From Heteronotia binoei (lineage: Eukaryota): a DNA stretch of 64,000 bases. Location of the stretch: positions 250,170,001 to 250,234,000 of the forward strand of contig NC_083223.1 of assembly GCF_032191835.1 (NCBI RefSeq), in the 5' to 3' direction. The notes below the pieces were generated by a model. It searched no databases. It saw only the letters and a list, made by a program, of their open reading frames with translations, and was not told the DNA's origin. Positions 1-11,652 of the stretch are shown one piece after another. A program made the position numbers and the translations under genes. Numbering within the stretch: the first letter of the stretch is position 1; every line of letters starts with the position of its first letter.

Positions 1-335
1 CCCCAGTATTGAAGGGACTTTGGTTTTACATATTCAATTTCCTGGTATCCCTACCACAATGAATTAGAGATAGTACTTTATTTACATAACCAAATCAATT
101 TTCAGTGTTTGCTGCCATTTGGGATTAAAGATGGTATGTTCTTTTCCAAGGAGAAATGCCCAACCTCCCCAGCTAAATAGCACTGCTTGGGTGGAAGTAC
201 CCTTCTGTCACTCCCACAGACCTGTACTGTGAAGCCTAGAGTCATTGTTACCTTTACAAGAGAGCTTTGGGTCACCACTGATCCTTCTTTTTCCTTCCCT
301 CACCATTTCCTGTGGGATTTTTTTTTCTTTTGCAG

Positions 336-429
336 GGCAACAGAACATATGACCTCCAAATTAACAAGCCCACAGCCAGCTATTTCCTGCTTTCAGCAGC
401 TGGGATAGAAAAAGGAGCAGCAAACCCTG
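336..429 (+). CDS. MRPL11: Mitochondrial ribosomal protein L11, internal coding exon (third exon of the human gene structure)
   Basis: ttttgcag|GGC...CCT G|gtaaga. The 94 nt encode [31 protein letters not shown], matching human [31 protein letters not shown]. Earlier exons lie left of the window. Confidence 0.95.
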
Positions 430-940
430 GTAAGAGAGGTGCTCAGAGATGGGAACTGACTTCTAGGATGGGACAGCAGAGTGTGCCCCCTGGGGAACCA
501 GTGTTAGACAGAAGGGCTGGAACAATCCCCAGCCTGGACACCAACACATTTCATTTTTGGGAACTGAGAGTGTTTTCCCAGCCCTTCATTGTGGCACAAG
601 TCACTGTAGCAAAGCAGACCTTTTGTTATTGGGCCCCTTGTTAGAGCGGAGGCAAAATCTGCACAAAGAAGGTCTTGGGATCAGTGTATCGTTGTGCTGA
701 CTCCATTTGGAGTCCACGGGAGGTGAGCAGAGGAGGCATATGCCATTCATTGCCTGTGTCTACATGGCAACCCTGGACTTCCTTGGTGGCCTCCCATCAA
801 GGAACTGGCCAAGGCATTTACTGGTTGTTCCAACTCCTGCAAATGTTCACTCTGCCTCTGCTCACTCGTGGGCTTTTGCGGTAGCTGCTGTAGCCCTAGG
901 GGGACAGTCTCCCAGGTGAATTAAGACCATCTTCGTCACG

Positions 941-1200
941 CAAGCACCGAGTTGTTACTGACCCATGGAGTGACATCACATCATATTTTCTTGGCAGACT
1001 TTTTACGGGGTGGCTTGCCATTGCCTTCCCCAGTCATCTACACTTTCCCCCCAGCAAGCTTGGGTACTCATTTTACCAACCTTAGACGGATGGAAGGCTG
1101 AGTCAACCTTGAGCCGACTACCTGAACCCAGCTTCCGCCGGGATTGAACTTGGGTCGTGAGCAGAGCTTGGACTGCAGTACTGTAGCTTTACCATTCTGT
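941..1200 (-). mobile_element. Sauria SINE, partial
   Basis: Near-identical to the body of the copy at 12983-13418. tRNA-like head at the right end on the minus strand. Confidence 0.8.
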
Positions 1201-1257
1201 AATTTCATAGAGGCTTGCAAGAGAGTTTTTTTTAGGAAAGCATTTGGGATCACTTAA

Positions 1258-1485
1258 TGTGGTGTAGTGGTTAAGAATGTCAGACTAATATTTGGAATAT
1301 AATACCCGGGTTCAAAGCCCCACTCATGCCATGGAAGTTCACTGGGTGACCTTGGGCAAGTCACACTTTCAGCCTACCCTCCTTCACTGGGTTGTTGTGA
1401 AGATAAAATGGAGCAGAAGAGAACGTTGTAAGTTGCTTTAGGTCCCCACTGGGGAGAAGGGCAGAGTATAAATGAATAAAATAAT
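1258..1485 (+). mobile_element. Old tRNA-derived MIR/Ther1-like SINE
   Basis: A-box ggtgtagtggtt, B-box ggttcaaagcc, CORE-like gggtgaccttgggcaagtcac, A-rich tail. Similar copies at ~9150-9350(-), 14310-14440(-), 40105-40320(+), 48700-48870(-) and 57460-57640(+). Confidence 0.7.
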
Positions 1486-1930
1486 ACAAAATTGATTTTA
1501 AAATCTCTCCCCCTTCCTGTTCACATATCTAATGTGTTTGGGCTTGATTAGAATATCTTACAATTAAAATGCAAGCACTTGAGAGTTTGAGGCATCCCGG
1601 AAACTGGTCTTATCTGCAGTGGCTGAATATTGAACTGCCCAGAAGGCAAAAACTGCATTTGACTGGGGCTGGGGGAAAACGGCAGATTAAGCTGTGGAGT
1701 ACCACATGAATGGCAGTTTATGTTTAATTTATTTGTATATTCCATTTATGAATTGCCTGTTCTTTATAATGTAAGGCTCTAGGCAATTTACAACCAGTAA
1801 AAGCAAGTTTAAAACAAAAAACCAACAGGACAACTACATCATTTCAGAAGGCATCACATTTTTTTTGCTCTCTCACTCTGGACTGCGCTGTAAACTCACA
1901 GGCAGGTGAGGAGTGGGACGAAGGAAGGTT

Positions 1931-2208
1931 GAAGAAGAAGATATTGGATTTATATCCCGCCCTCCACTCCGAAGAGTCTCAGAGCGGCTCACAATCTCCT
2001 TTACCTTCCTCCTCCACAACAGACACCCTGTGAGGTGGGTGGGGCTGGAGAGGGCTCTCACAGCAGCTGCCCTTTCAAGGACAACTCCTGCGAGAGCCAT
2101 GGCTGACCCAAAGCCATTCCAGCAGGTGCAAGTGGAGGAGTGAGGAATCAAACCCAGTTCTCCCAGATAAGAGTCCGCACACTTAACCACTACACCAAAC
2201 TGGCTCTC
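1931..2208 (-). mobile_element. Gecko-type tRNA-derived SINE (Squam3-like), full length
   Basis: Reverse complement of the head gagagccagtttggtgtagtggttaag, with a (TTC)n tail. Highly similar to the copy at 46081. Confidence 0.85.
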
Positions 2209-2284
2209 CAGGTTGGAAGAAAAAATAAGAAAGGAGGGTGCCGGCTATGATGGAACTGCTGCTGTCCTCAGGCAAAGACCCAGC

Positions 2285-2880
2285 AGAACATCTCTGCCCT
2301 ATAGGCCTCTGCGGAATTGCATTAAGTCCTGCAGGTCCTTGGTGGTGTTTGGCAGAGAGTTCCACCAGGTTGGAGCCAGGGCCAAAAAGCCCTAGCTTTA
2401 GTTGAGGACAGCCAGATATCTGTAGGGCCAGGGACTGCCAGTAGATTGTTCACAGCAGAGCGTAACACTGTTCCGGGGGCATACTGTAGGAGGTGGTCCC
2501 GAAGATACACAGGACCCAGACGGATCAAGGTTTTAAAGATCAGAATCAAAACCTTGAACCTGACTGGGATTTCACTGATAGGTTGTACATGTGCTGTCCA
2601 TGGCATTTCCACCAGGGCTCATGCCACTGTATTCTGGATCAGCTGGAGCTTCCAGGTCAGTCTCAAGGGCAGGCCAGTGTAGAGTGAGTTACAGTAGTCT
2701 AGCCTGGAGGTGACCGTTGCATGGATTAGTGTCTAGGTCAGGGCACGACCGGAAAGGGGCCTGCTGCTGAGCTTGATGTAGGTGGAAAAATGCCAGCCTG
2801 GCAATATTCATGATCTGGGCCTCCATAGTCAAGGAGGCATCTAGAGTCATACCCAAACTCCTGATGAATGGCTCTAGTGT
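2285..2880 (-). mobile_element. L2 LINE ORF2 3' fragment
   Basis: Minus frame ...VRFKVLILIFKTLIRLGPVYLRDHLLQYAPGTVLRS...RAF resembles the L2 C-terminal RFKVLVLTFKAL.GLGP.YL motif. Frameshifted. Confidence 0.75.
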
Positions 2881-3308
2881 CAGTGGTGGGGCTTTATTGC
2901 TATTATAAGGGAAAAAGACAGTCCTGTTAGGTGGAGCTAACTTTCTCTTTTATGTTTTCTAAGCAATGCTTCAGGGACTGGAAATGCATTTTGCAGCAGC
3001 TAGCCTGCTCTGCAAATGGTTAGACACTAGTAAAGTTCCAAAAAGCGTTCAGAGTTATTGAACACTCACTGTTGGGTACAAAATTCTACTTTGTGGAATC
3101 TTTTGTTCTCTCATGCCCATACCTACCCTCATTTTATGGTGGATGGGAAGAATGTCCTTTCCTCGCAAGTGACCCTGCAGACTAGATCTTTTCCACATCT
3201 TAATTCAAATCTGTGGGGACTACCAGGAGTGAGGCAGATCTGCATCGTGGGAAGAGATTCCACCGTTAGGCTGCCAGCTTCGTTTAGTGTAATTTGTGTG
3301 CTTTGCAG

Positions 3309-3468
3309 GGCACGAAGTAGCCGGGATGGTAACTCTGAAGCAACTCTACGAAATCGCCCTGGTGAAGTCTCAGGACCCCACTTTCGTATTGAATGACTTG
3401 CCGCTCGAAAAGGTCATCTATTCACTTATGGGAAGCGCCCGATCGTTGGGCATCAAGGTGGTGAAAGA
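3309..3468 (+). CDS. MRPL11: MRPL11 penultimate coding exon
   Basis: ctttgcag|GG CAC...AAA GA|gtaagt. The 160 nt encode [53 protein letters not shown], matching human [20 protein letters not shown]...[14 protein letters not shown]. Phase is consistent with both neighbours. The ORF track misses it. Confidence 0.95.
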
Positions 3469-3781
3469 GTAAGTCTGGGGGACAGGGGAGGCGATCAGGA
3501 AGTTAGAAGACAAGCAACCTGTCTTTCTTTGACTTCTCAGAGAGAGAGAGAGAGAGAGAACAAGCTTATGTTTCAAAGGGCCTGCTTTCTGTGCTGTTTT
3601 AAGGAAAGATGAAAGCCAAAAAAGAGAGGCCCCTGCAACTGCCGCAGAGAAAAGGTGTGGGGAGAATTCTGGGAGGAGACAAAGCAGCAGATCCTTAGTT
3701 GGGTCAGTTTGACAGGGCAGGTGAGCCTGGTATGGAGGAAGCAGCTGCAACCATCTGTTCTCTTTTCTCCTCTCCTTCCAG

Positions 3782-3890
3782 TCTTATTGCAGAGGAATAT
3801 GCTGTGTTCTTGAAGGAGCGTGAAGAGAGGTTGGCGGCCGAGGCTGAAGCACGTGAGGCAGAGCTAGCTGCTGCAGGGAAGAAGAAATGA
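3782..3890 (+). CDS. MRPL11: MRPL11 last coding exon
   Basis: Polypyrimidine tract + ccag|T CTT ATT GCA... encodes (D)LIAEEYAVFLKEREERLAAEAEAREAELAAAGKKK*, homologous to human [35 protein letters not shown]. TGA at 3888-3890. Confidence 0.93.
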
Positions 3891-4235
3891 GTCCCTATAC
3901 TTGCTCTTTTGGAAGTCAAAGTCCTGGACAACTCGGTGGGGCTGGTGTTGCCCAAGCACCAATTTGTTCCCATTCCCTATGCACTGGAAATTAAGGTCTG
4001 CTTGATGGCCGGCTAAGTGATTTCTCACTGTGATGGGGAGGGGGAGGAGAAAGGAGGTTGTACTTGGGAGGCCTGTCCAAAGCTGTAAGCCTTGATGTGC
4101 TGATTGCTGTCCCTTTCAGTAAAATCTTGTGAATCACTTGGGTGTCCCATTGTCTTTCTGTGCAAAGGTGAGGTTTGGGATGTGCCTTGCTCTGGTCCTT
4201 GGTGGTTATTGTTCAGGGACTGAAAAAATAAGATC

Positions 4236-4650
4236 AATAAGGTTTACAAGATAATGCATGGAATGGAGAAAGTAGAGAAAGAAGTACTTTTCTCCCTTTC
4301 TCACAATACAAGAACTCGTGGGCATTCGATGAAATTGCTGAGCAGACAGGTTAAGACGGATAAAAGGAAGTACTTCTTCACCCAAAGGGTGATTAACATG
4401 TGGAATTCACTGCCACAGGAGGTGGTGGCGGCCACAAGTATAGCCACCTTCAAGAGGGGTTTAGATAAAAATATGGAGCACAGGTCCATCAGTGGCTATT
4501 AGCCACAGTGTATGGAGCACAGGTCCATCAGTGGCTATTAGCCACAGTGTATGTGTGTATATAACATTTTTTGCCACTGTGTGACACAGAGTGTTGGACT
4601 TGATGGGCCGTTGGCCTGATCCAACATGGCTTCTCTTATGTTCTTATGTT
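4236..4650 (+). mobile_element. CR1 LINE 3' end (5'-truncated)
   Basis: RTRGHSMKL...RKYFFTQRVINMWNSLPQEVV...FKRGLD is the CR1 ORF2 C-terminus, followed by a 3' UTR ending in the ttcttatg repeat. Confidence 0.92.
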
Positions 4651-4982
4651 AATCTTATCTCTCTGTGTTAATGGCCAGAACAGTAGTTACGACAGACAGC
4701 TGCTCTCCCATTTCTTACCAAAGATGCTCAGGATCCAGCTTACAAGCAAAAAATGAACAAGAAACAGGAGTATTTCAGTGGAACACAACTGAGCCAGTGG
4801 TTGTAAGATACAGTAGAAATTGCCAAGGAATTGGTTGTGACCCTGGCACTGAGGTCCTCCTAGAGGGAATGGTCTTATAGGATGCCATAGGGAAGAAGGC
4901 ATTGGGCTCAGAGGCCTCCTGTCATTTTTCTAGGCAGCGGAGGTGCTGTGGACAGCAGGGGTGCCGTGGAACAGATGGAAAG

Positions 4983-5375
4983 AAGAGCACTTTCAAGTCT
5001 TTAGGGTTTAGCTGGCATGGCACCCAATCAGGGTCACTGTCACATATAAGCAGAACACACCTGCCATGGATGTTCCCACCTGCAGCCCAGGAATGGCTAG
5101 TTTGGACTCAGCACTTCTTGCTTTTGTTCTCAAGGGACAGGGAGGGATGGAACTTTATTAAAGCTGACCCTTATGTTGAAAGAGCACTTTCAAGTCTTTA
5201 GGGTTTAGCTGGCATGGCACCCAATCAGGGTCACTGTCACATATAAGCAGAACACACCTGCCATGGATGTTCCCACCTGCAGCCCAGGAATGGCTAGTTT
5301 GGACTCAGCACTTCTTGCTTTTGTTCTCAAGGGACAGGGAGGGATGGAACTTTATTAAAGCTGACCCTTATGTTG
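4983..5375. repeat. Perfect tandem duplication, period 197 bp
   Basis: 4983-5178 and 5180-5375 read as identical, with one extra A at the junction. Confidence 0.92.
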
Positions 5376-5620
5376 CAAACCTTCTGTGGAATTTCCTGTC
5401 TTGCACTCACTTTTGGGTTAATTAGCCCTTCCTTTCCAGACTGTCTTGCATGGCTACAAAAGACATAGTGACATCTCTTTGCTTTTATCCCATTGTCCAT
5501 CCCATATTTCATCACCTGCACAGCTGCTTCCGATCAAACCACGTGATGCTTATCTGTCACACATGATGTTTATCTGTCAAACTGGAAAGTGAAGATAGGA
5601 CAACAGTGTGTGTGTGGAGG

Positions 5621-5795
5621 GGGGTTGTGGCTCATTAATAGCACATTTGCTTTGCATGCAAAAGATCCCTGGTTCAATCCCAGGCATTTCCAGTTAAAAG
5701 GATCAAGCAGGAGATGATGTGAAAGACCTGAGACTCTGGAGAGTGATAATGACCTTGACAGAACAAAGGTCTGACTCAGCATAAGGTGGCTCATT
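5621..5795 (+). mobile_element. tRNA-derived SINE (Squam2/Anolis-SINE2-like)
   Basis: Head ggggttgtggctca...ggttcaatcccaggcat. Other copies at ~8830-9025(+), 18110-18300(-), 57945-58135(-) and 61200-61510(-). Confidence 0.7.
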
Positions 5796-6419
5796 TTGTT
5801 CTGATTGTGTAGGGAGTCATCACTCACCTTCTCCATCTCAGTGTGATGTCAGAGTTTGTCTATGGGATGGTGTTGAGAGGTCACAGCACCTGCTGCTGGT
5901 GGATGGTGTGGTCTTCACATGACCTACCCTCAAGAACAGCATTTCAGCTACCATTTTCAGGAATTTTGAATGAGTGGAGAGTGGAAAATGAGGGTCAAGG
6001 GGTTTGGGGAGTAGGTAGTTTGCCTGCCACCTGATTCCTTAGGGTCATGTTTTGAACTGAACTAGGATTTTTAAATAAATTAAATGATCAAGTGCTGTAG
6101 CCCTAATAATAAGAATTTATGAAGCACTTAAGAGTCCCTCAGTGCCGTAAATGTCAAAAGTTATCATGAGTTTTGTGGCATCTCAAAGATTGTGGTCATA
6201 AGCTTTCATGGAATAGTGTTTTCTTCAGATGTGCAGAGCTTTTTCCTACACACACCCACAGAGGTACAAAGGAAATAAATGTACACAACTAGCCAAAGGC
6301 ATGGGTGTGCAAACAACAGCAGTTATTCTATCACATTTCTAATTATCTCAGTGGTTACAACATCCCTGTTAAGTAAGCCAGGATTATTCTGCACATTGCA
6401 GGGGGGAGACCCCCCTCAA

Positions 6420-6780
6420 CGGATCAGACCAGTGGTTCATCATCATCACATCTCACACAGTGGCTAACCAGTTCCTCTGAAGGGCCAACAACAGGGCAAT
6501 GCCTTTTCCTAATGTTGCCTCCTGGCACAGGGATTCAGAGGTTTAGTGCCTCTGAATGTAGAGAGTACCTTTAGCCACTGTGGCTAGTAGCAACTGATAG
6601 ACCTCTCCTCCATGAATCTGTTTAATCCCCTTTTAAAGCCATTTGTACCTGCAGCCATCACTGCATCCTCTGGCAGCTAGTTCCACATTTTAATCACTTG
6701 CTGAATAACAAAGCATTTCCTATTGTTTCCAGTCTATTGCCCGTCAACTTCAATGGAGGATACCCTTAAGTCCACATATT
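6420..6780 (-). mobile_element. CR1 3' fragment
   Basis: Reverse complement of the CR1 ORF2 end and 3' UTR. Similar to copies at 25935-26345, 40705-40965, 55900-56365 and 62650-63270 (all minus). Confidence 0.75.
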
Positions 6781-7479
6781 TGACATATTTGGGGAATGGG
6801 AGAAAAAGTTCTCTCTCTCTCTCTCGTATTTTGTGTGTATGTCTGCACCTGGAAGCCATGGTAACCTCTGATGACTGACCCCTACTGAGAGTTTGGAGGA
6901 TGTTCAGAGAGGTGGCTGAATAAAGCCTGCTCATGTCCTCCAGACTGCTGGTATTCCAAGGTCTCCCATCCAAGTACTAATGGGAATCAACCCTGCTTAG
7001 CTTCCAAGATCAGACGAGATCAGGCTTGTCTGGGCTAAAAGTTCTCTCTACTCACTCTACCCCATGCACTGCTTTGAGAACAGCGACTTTGGTAGGATGA
7101 ATTAATGGCTGTGGGGGCAGATTTGAACTGATGATTTCTCAGCCCTTTATACTTGTTCTCAGGAAAGACCTTCTCACTCATAAGACCTTACACTGCCCCC
7201 CACCCCAATTCTGTAGTGCTGCTGCACCTGGAGGCATGGAATTGGGTGGTATGCAAGCATTCTAATGACATTTGCGTTGGGGACAGGACAATCCACAAGA
7301 TTGGATATGGTTGTGCACCTTTTGAGTTGGGAAAGAAGCAGTGCCCCAGCCCATGGGGGGATCTTAAGGGGACTTCTCTCCTCTGCCCTGGACCTAGTTT
7401 TGTCTTGCTCAAGTAATCTGCACTGAATTTCCTTGCAAGCACCACATGGCAGTTTACCTGTTCTCTGCTTAAGGCTTTT

Positions 7480-7715
7480 GGCAGGACTCTAGTTCTTTGG
7501 TCACTTTATGAGAAGACAAGAGTCACTGGAAAAGACAATAATGTTAGGAAAAGTAGCAGGCAACAGGCAAAGGGATGTGAGATGGATGGACTCAATCAAG
7601 AAAGTCACGGCCCTCAGTTTGCAAGACCTGAGCAAGGTTGTTAACAATAGGATGTTTTGGAGGAAGTTCATTTAAAGGATCATCATAAGGCAGAAGCAAT
7701 GTGATGGCACAACAC
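7480..7715 (+). mobile_element. RTE-BovB LINE 3' fragment
   Basis: Encodes FGHFMRRQESLEKTIMLGKV...RWMDSIKKVT.LSLQDLS, the BovB C-terminal motif. Confidence 0.85.
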
Positions 7716-10700
7716 CTCCCCCCACACTACCCCACAGAGGACTGATGAAGGGATAAACGGGTCAGCAGCATTTTATAATTAAAAAGTCATGTGGCATCAA
7801 AATTTAAAGCAAGTGGTTAACAAACTGCCAATGTGGGAAAGTTCTTTGGTCACTTAAAAGTATATAATTTAACATTACTGACAATGGGCATGTTGGGTTA
7901 ATAATCCATAACATTTCCGCAGCCCACATACTGGTGGCTGTGAATCGTTTATTAGGAAGTGGCACAGCAGAGGTCTTGCAGTAAGGACAAATGTAAATGC
8001 ACAATTGTTTTCAGTGCACTGGCATAATTCTTTGAGCACATAGATTCCTGGCAGCTGATCACTTCTATCATTTCCTTTTCTGTAAAGCATCTCTAAGGCC
8101 CTTTAGCCCTACTAAAAAATTGGCTGCCATTATTTTCACACGGTGATTATTCTCCCACCTTAAGCCGTTCAATATATCTTAATGCAGAGATTTCATTTTC
8201 TTTTATAAACTGCTATATTTGGCTCTCTACCACTAGGGCTGAGTAAAATCCAGCTCTTGCTGCCACAAACTCTGTAGGAGCCTTTAGGTGACCTACCTGC
8301 CCACAGTATTATTAGCATCCCATTATTAAATACCACTTCTCAGATTATTATTATTAGCATCGTATTATTAGCTACCACCTCTCCAATGATTATTAACAGC
8401 ATCTGAACATTCATCAGAATAACTGTGTGCATTGGCACAGAATATCCAGCAGGTGTCAGGACTGAGCTGTGTTACTGAAGGTCTGACCCATTAATCACCC
8501 TTTCCTGTTCAAGGCTTGGCAGCTCCCTTACCCTCTCATATGAGAAATCAAGCATCTTGGAACACCTGTTGAGAAGCCCTCCAGTAAATCTGTGACCACT
8601 CAAACTCTTCTTCCCTGCTCCACCCGATGGTCTCCCTCTAACCCATCCGGTGGTCCCTAATATTTCCATAGCAACGAGTGATGTTCCTCAGGATGCCAGA
8701 TGCCTGTTGCTAGGGCTATATGAATGAAGCTTGACTGCAGCAGATTGAAGGGAGGGGGAATGGAGGATGTTAGGGAGTCATCTTTGAAGCAACTGAACAA
8801 TTTGGGGCGGAGAAGGGGAGGAGAAGGGGAAGGGCTGTGGCTCCATGTTCCACATGCAGGGGGCTGAAGGTCCCAGATTCAGTTCCTTATATCTCCAGTG
8901 AAAAGGAGCAGGCAGTAGTGATGTGAAAGACCTTTCCCTGAAACTGGGGGCAGCCCTTACAAGCCTGTAGACAATACTGATCCTGGAGGGCTGATGGTCT
9001 GATTCAGTACAAGGCAGCTTCAAGCTGCGTCTGTCTCTTGGCCCTCCCTTGAAACAAGGTTTTGATCCCTATGAGCAAAAGCCCCACCCTTCAAATGCCA
9101 CCTTCTCCACTCAAACTGTTCTTCTGTTGCATTCAGTCTGGACCACAAGCAGCTCCTCTGTTTTATTTACACACCATTTGTCTTCCCAATGCAGCTTACA
9201 ACATCCTCCCAACAAAAACCACGAGGGAGGTTAGGCTGAGAGAGAGGGACTAGCCCAAGGTCACCCAGCAAATTTCCCTGGCAGAGTGGGGGTTTGAACT
9301 TGGGTTTCCCGGATTCTAGCTCAGAACTCTAACCACTCCGCCACGCTGGAATGTTGCAACTATGAACACCTGTTTCCCAAATCCAATCCTCCTCATTTGC
9401 TTTCATTTCAGTGGCACATCCTGGTTAAAGAACCTCAACATTCGACGTTTCAGCACACGCCACGTCCTATGCATGAAGCTGCCTTCATGCTTCTATTGAA
9501 GGATAACCATGCACTGGCCCATCTAGCTCAGTCCTGTCTGCTCTGATCAGCAGCAGCCAAAACAGAGAAAGGTTTTTGCTGGCAGCTTTGAAAATTTGTT
9601 GGCAATGCCAATGATCACTTATAGGGTTGCCAAACTCCAGGTGGGGCCTGGGGATCTCTCAGAATTAGAGCTAATCTCCAGGCTAGAGATCAGTTCCCCT
9701 GGGAAAAATGGATGCTTTGAAGAATGGACTCTCTGGCATTATCCCCCTGCTGAGATCCCTCCTGTCCCCAAGTCCTGTCCTCCCCAAACTCCACCCCTCA
9801 AAAATCTCCAGTAACTTCCCAGCCTGGAGGTGGCAACTCTGACGGATCAAATCTAGGACTTTCTGCATGAAAAGCAGATGTGCTATCCATGACCCACAGC
9901 CCTCTTCCTGCCTGTGCAATAGGGATTACCCTGGGTGTTGCTCCTAGGCTAGAGCGGGCCAACTTTGCATTCTTCCTGCCAATGTCTCCACAACAGGCAG
10001 AAATTCAACAGGTACAGAAATGGGGAAATTTTCATTCTGTTGAAATTAACACTTGTCATTCATAGAAGCCTTGCAGAAAGGAAAGTGAGTTTTGAGATGT
10101 CTCACTCTCTGGCTTCCTCATGTAAGGCAGGAGCCCCTGTTTGGTGGTTACCATTCAGCTTGGCCACAACAGGCAATTGAACAAGAATCCTTAGATGGTA
10201 GGGTTGGAGACAAGCCTGCCATTGGCCTACATCCTCTCTTTGCAAGGTTCACTGCAGAGAGAGAACTGAATGGATGTATTTCAAACCAAAGTGCTCCTCC
10301 TCCCGCCCCTGAGATGCCACTCAAAAGCATTCATGCCCTGGATGCCGTTTATACGCCGTTGCCGTGGCAATGTGATGCAGGCGGCAAGGAAGGAGGGGGG
10401 GTGGCAGTGATGTCAGAGCCTGGTTGCTTGGTGCTGCTGATTTTCCTTTTAAAGCGTTTCAGCCTTTTCCCTATTTTGGCAGTGAAAGGCAGATTCCAGC
10501 CACGTCAGTACCCCCACGCAGCTACGCTGCCAGTTTTAAAGGGACACAGCCCAACCAGTAGACTCCTGGTGCAGGCCCCAAGATAACAGGGACAAGGCTT
10601 GGAAAAGCCTCCCTCTGCAGTGCCCTCCAAACCATCCAGTCTCCCCCCTCCAAACCCCCATCCCCCCATTCCCATAACCTATTCTTTCTCCTTGTGGCAT

Positions 10701-11443
10701 CTTTGGCTGGAAGCATCTCTTTGCATGCGTGTGTGAGCTGGTCCAAAAATGGTAATACCATTGCTGGAATTTTGATATACATACATACATATATATATAC
10801 ACACACACACACAAACACTCCCTAACAACGTCAAAAGCATGGCATCTTAGTGGAGTCAGTTCATACACTCAGCTGCCAGTCATCAAAGGCTGACTAACGA
10901 AGGAATGGGGGAGGGGGGAATGCAGAGAAGGAGCCCCATGGTGTGCAGCTCCCGGCTAGGATGAACGCCACCAAAATGCGTTTGTTTGAAGGGAAGCAGG
11001 GGAAGTGGAAATTTTGCCCGGGCAGGCTGATAGGTCTGAAATGGCTCATTCAGACAGTCAAGTCATTGTTGCATGCTGCAGAATGATAGACCTTGACAGG
11101 TGAATTCTTCTTTCCTCCTTCCGTTTCAGGTATGTGTGACTGGCAACCAACAATAGTTAATAGCCAGGACTCTACCTAGACGGCAACCACAATGGGAAGG
11201 TTTTGAAGTCCCTCATAGGCCACTTGTTCAAGATCGGTGGGCCAGGTTTAGCTTTAACAAGTCTGACCCTGTGTTACTATCTATCAGTCCAGAGGTGGGG
11301 AAATTATTATGGCCCATGTAGGCATGTCAACGATCTGAAGAAAGAATGTCCTGCCCCTTTCATAGGACCTTAATGTGTAGAAATTGCACTGGTGAAGCTT
11401 TTCATGGTATGCAGGTAAACAACATCCCAGTAAATATCTCTTG

Positions 11444-11652
11444 CCCTGACCTGGCTGGTCCAGGCTATCCTGATCTTGTCAGATCTCAGAAACCAAGCAG
11501 GGTAAGCCCTGTTAGTATTTTGATGGAAGACCACCAAGGAATTCTGGGGTCATGACATGGAGGCAGGCAATGGCAAACCACCGCTGAACATTTCTTGCCT
11601 TGAAAATCCTATAGGGTTGCCATAAGTTGGCTGCAATTTGATGGCACTTTAC
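11444..11652 (+). mobile_element. 5S rRNA-derived SINE (5S-Sauria-like)
   Basis: Head resembles 5S rRNA (ctgatcttgtcagatctcagaaaccaagcaggg...ttagtattttgatgg), followed by a BovB-like tail. Other copies at ~6905-7037(-), 23452-23640(+), 42720-42830(-), 44690-44840(-) and 47050-47255(-). Confidence 0.8.

Noticed and set aside
4983-5375. Direct repeats here and at 33314-33427 as CRISPR-like arrays
   Set aside because: Eukaryotic context, no unique spacers of regular length and no cas genes.
11444-11560. Possible 5S rRNA gene (also at ~6.9, 23.5, 42.8, 44.8 and 47.2 kb)
   Set aside because: Diverged, incomplete, dispersed and fused to a shared BovB-like tail, so these are SINE heads rather than rRNA genes.
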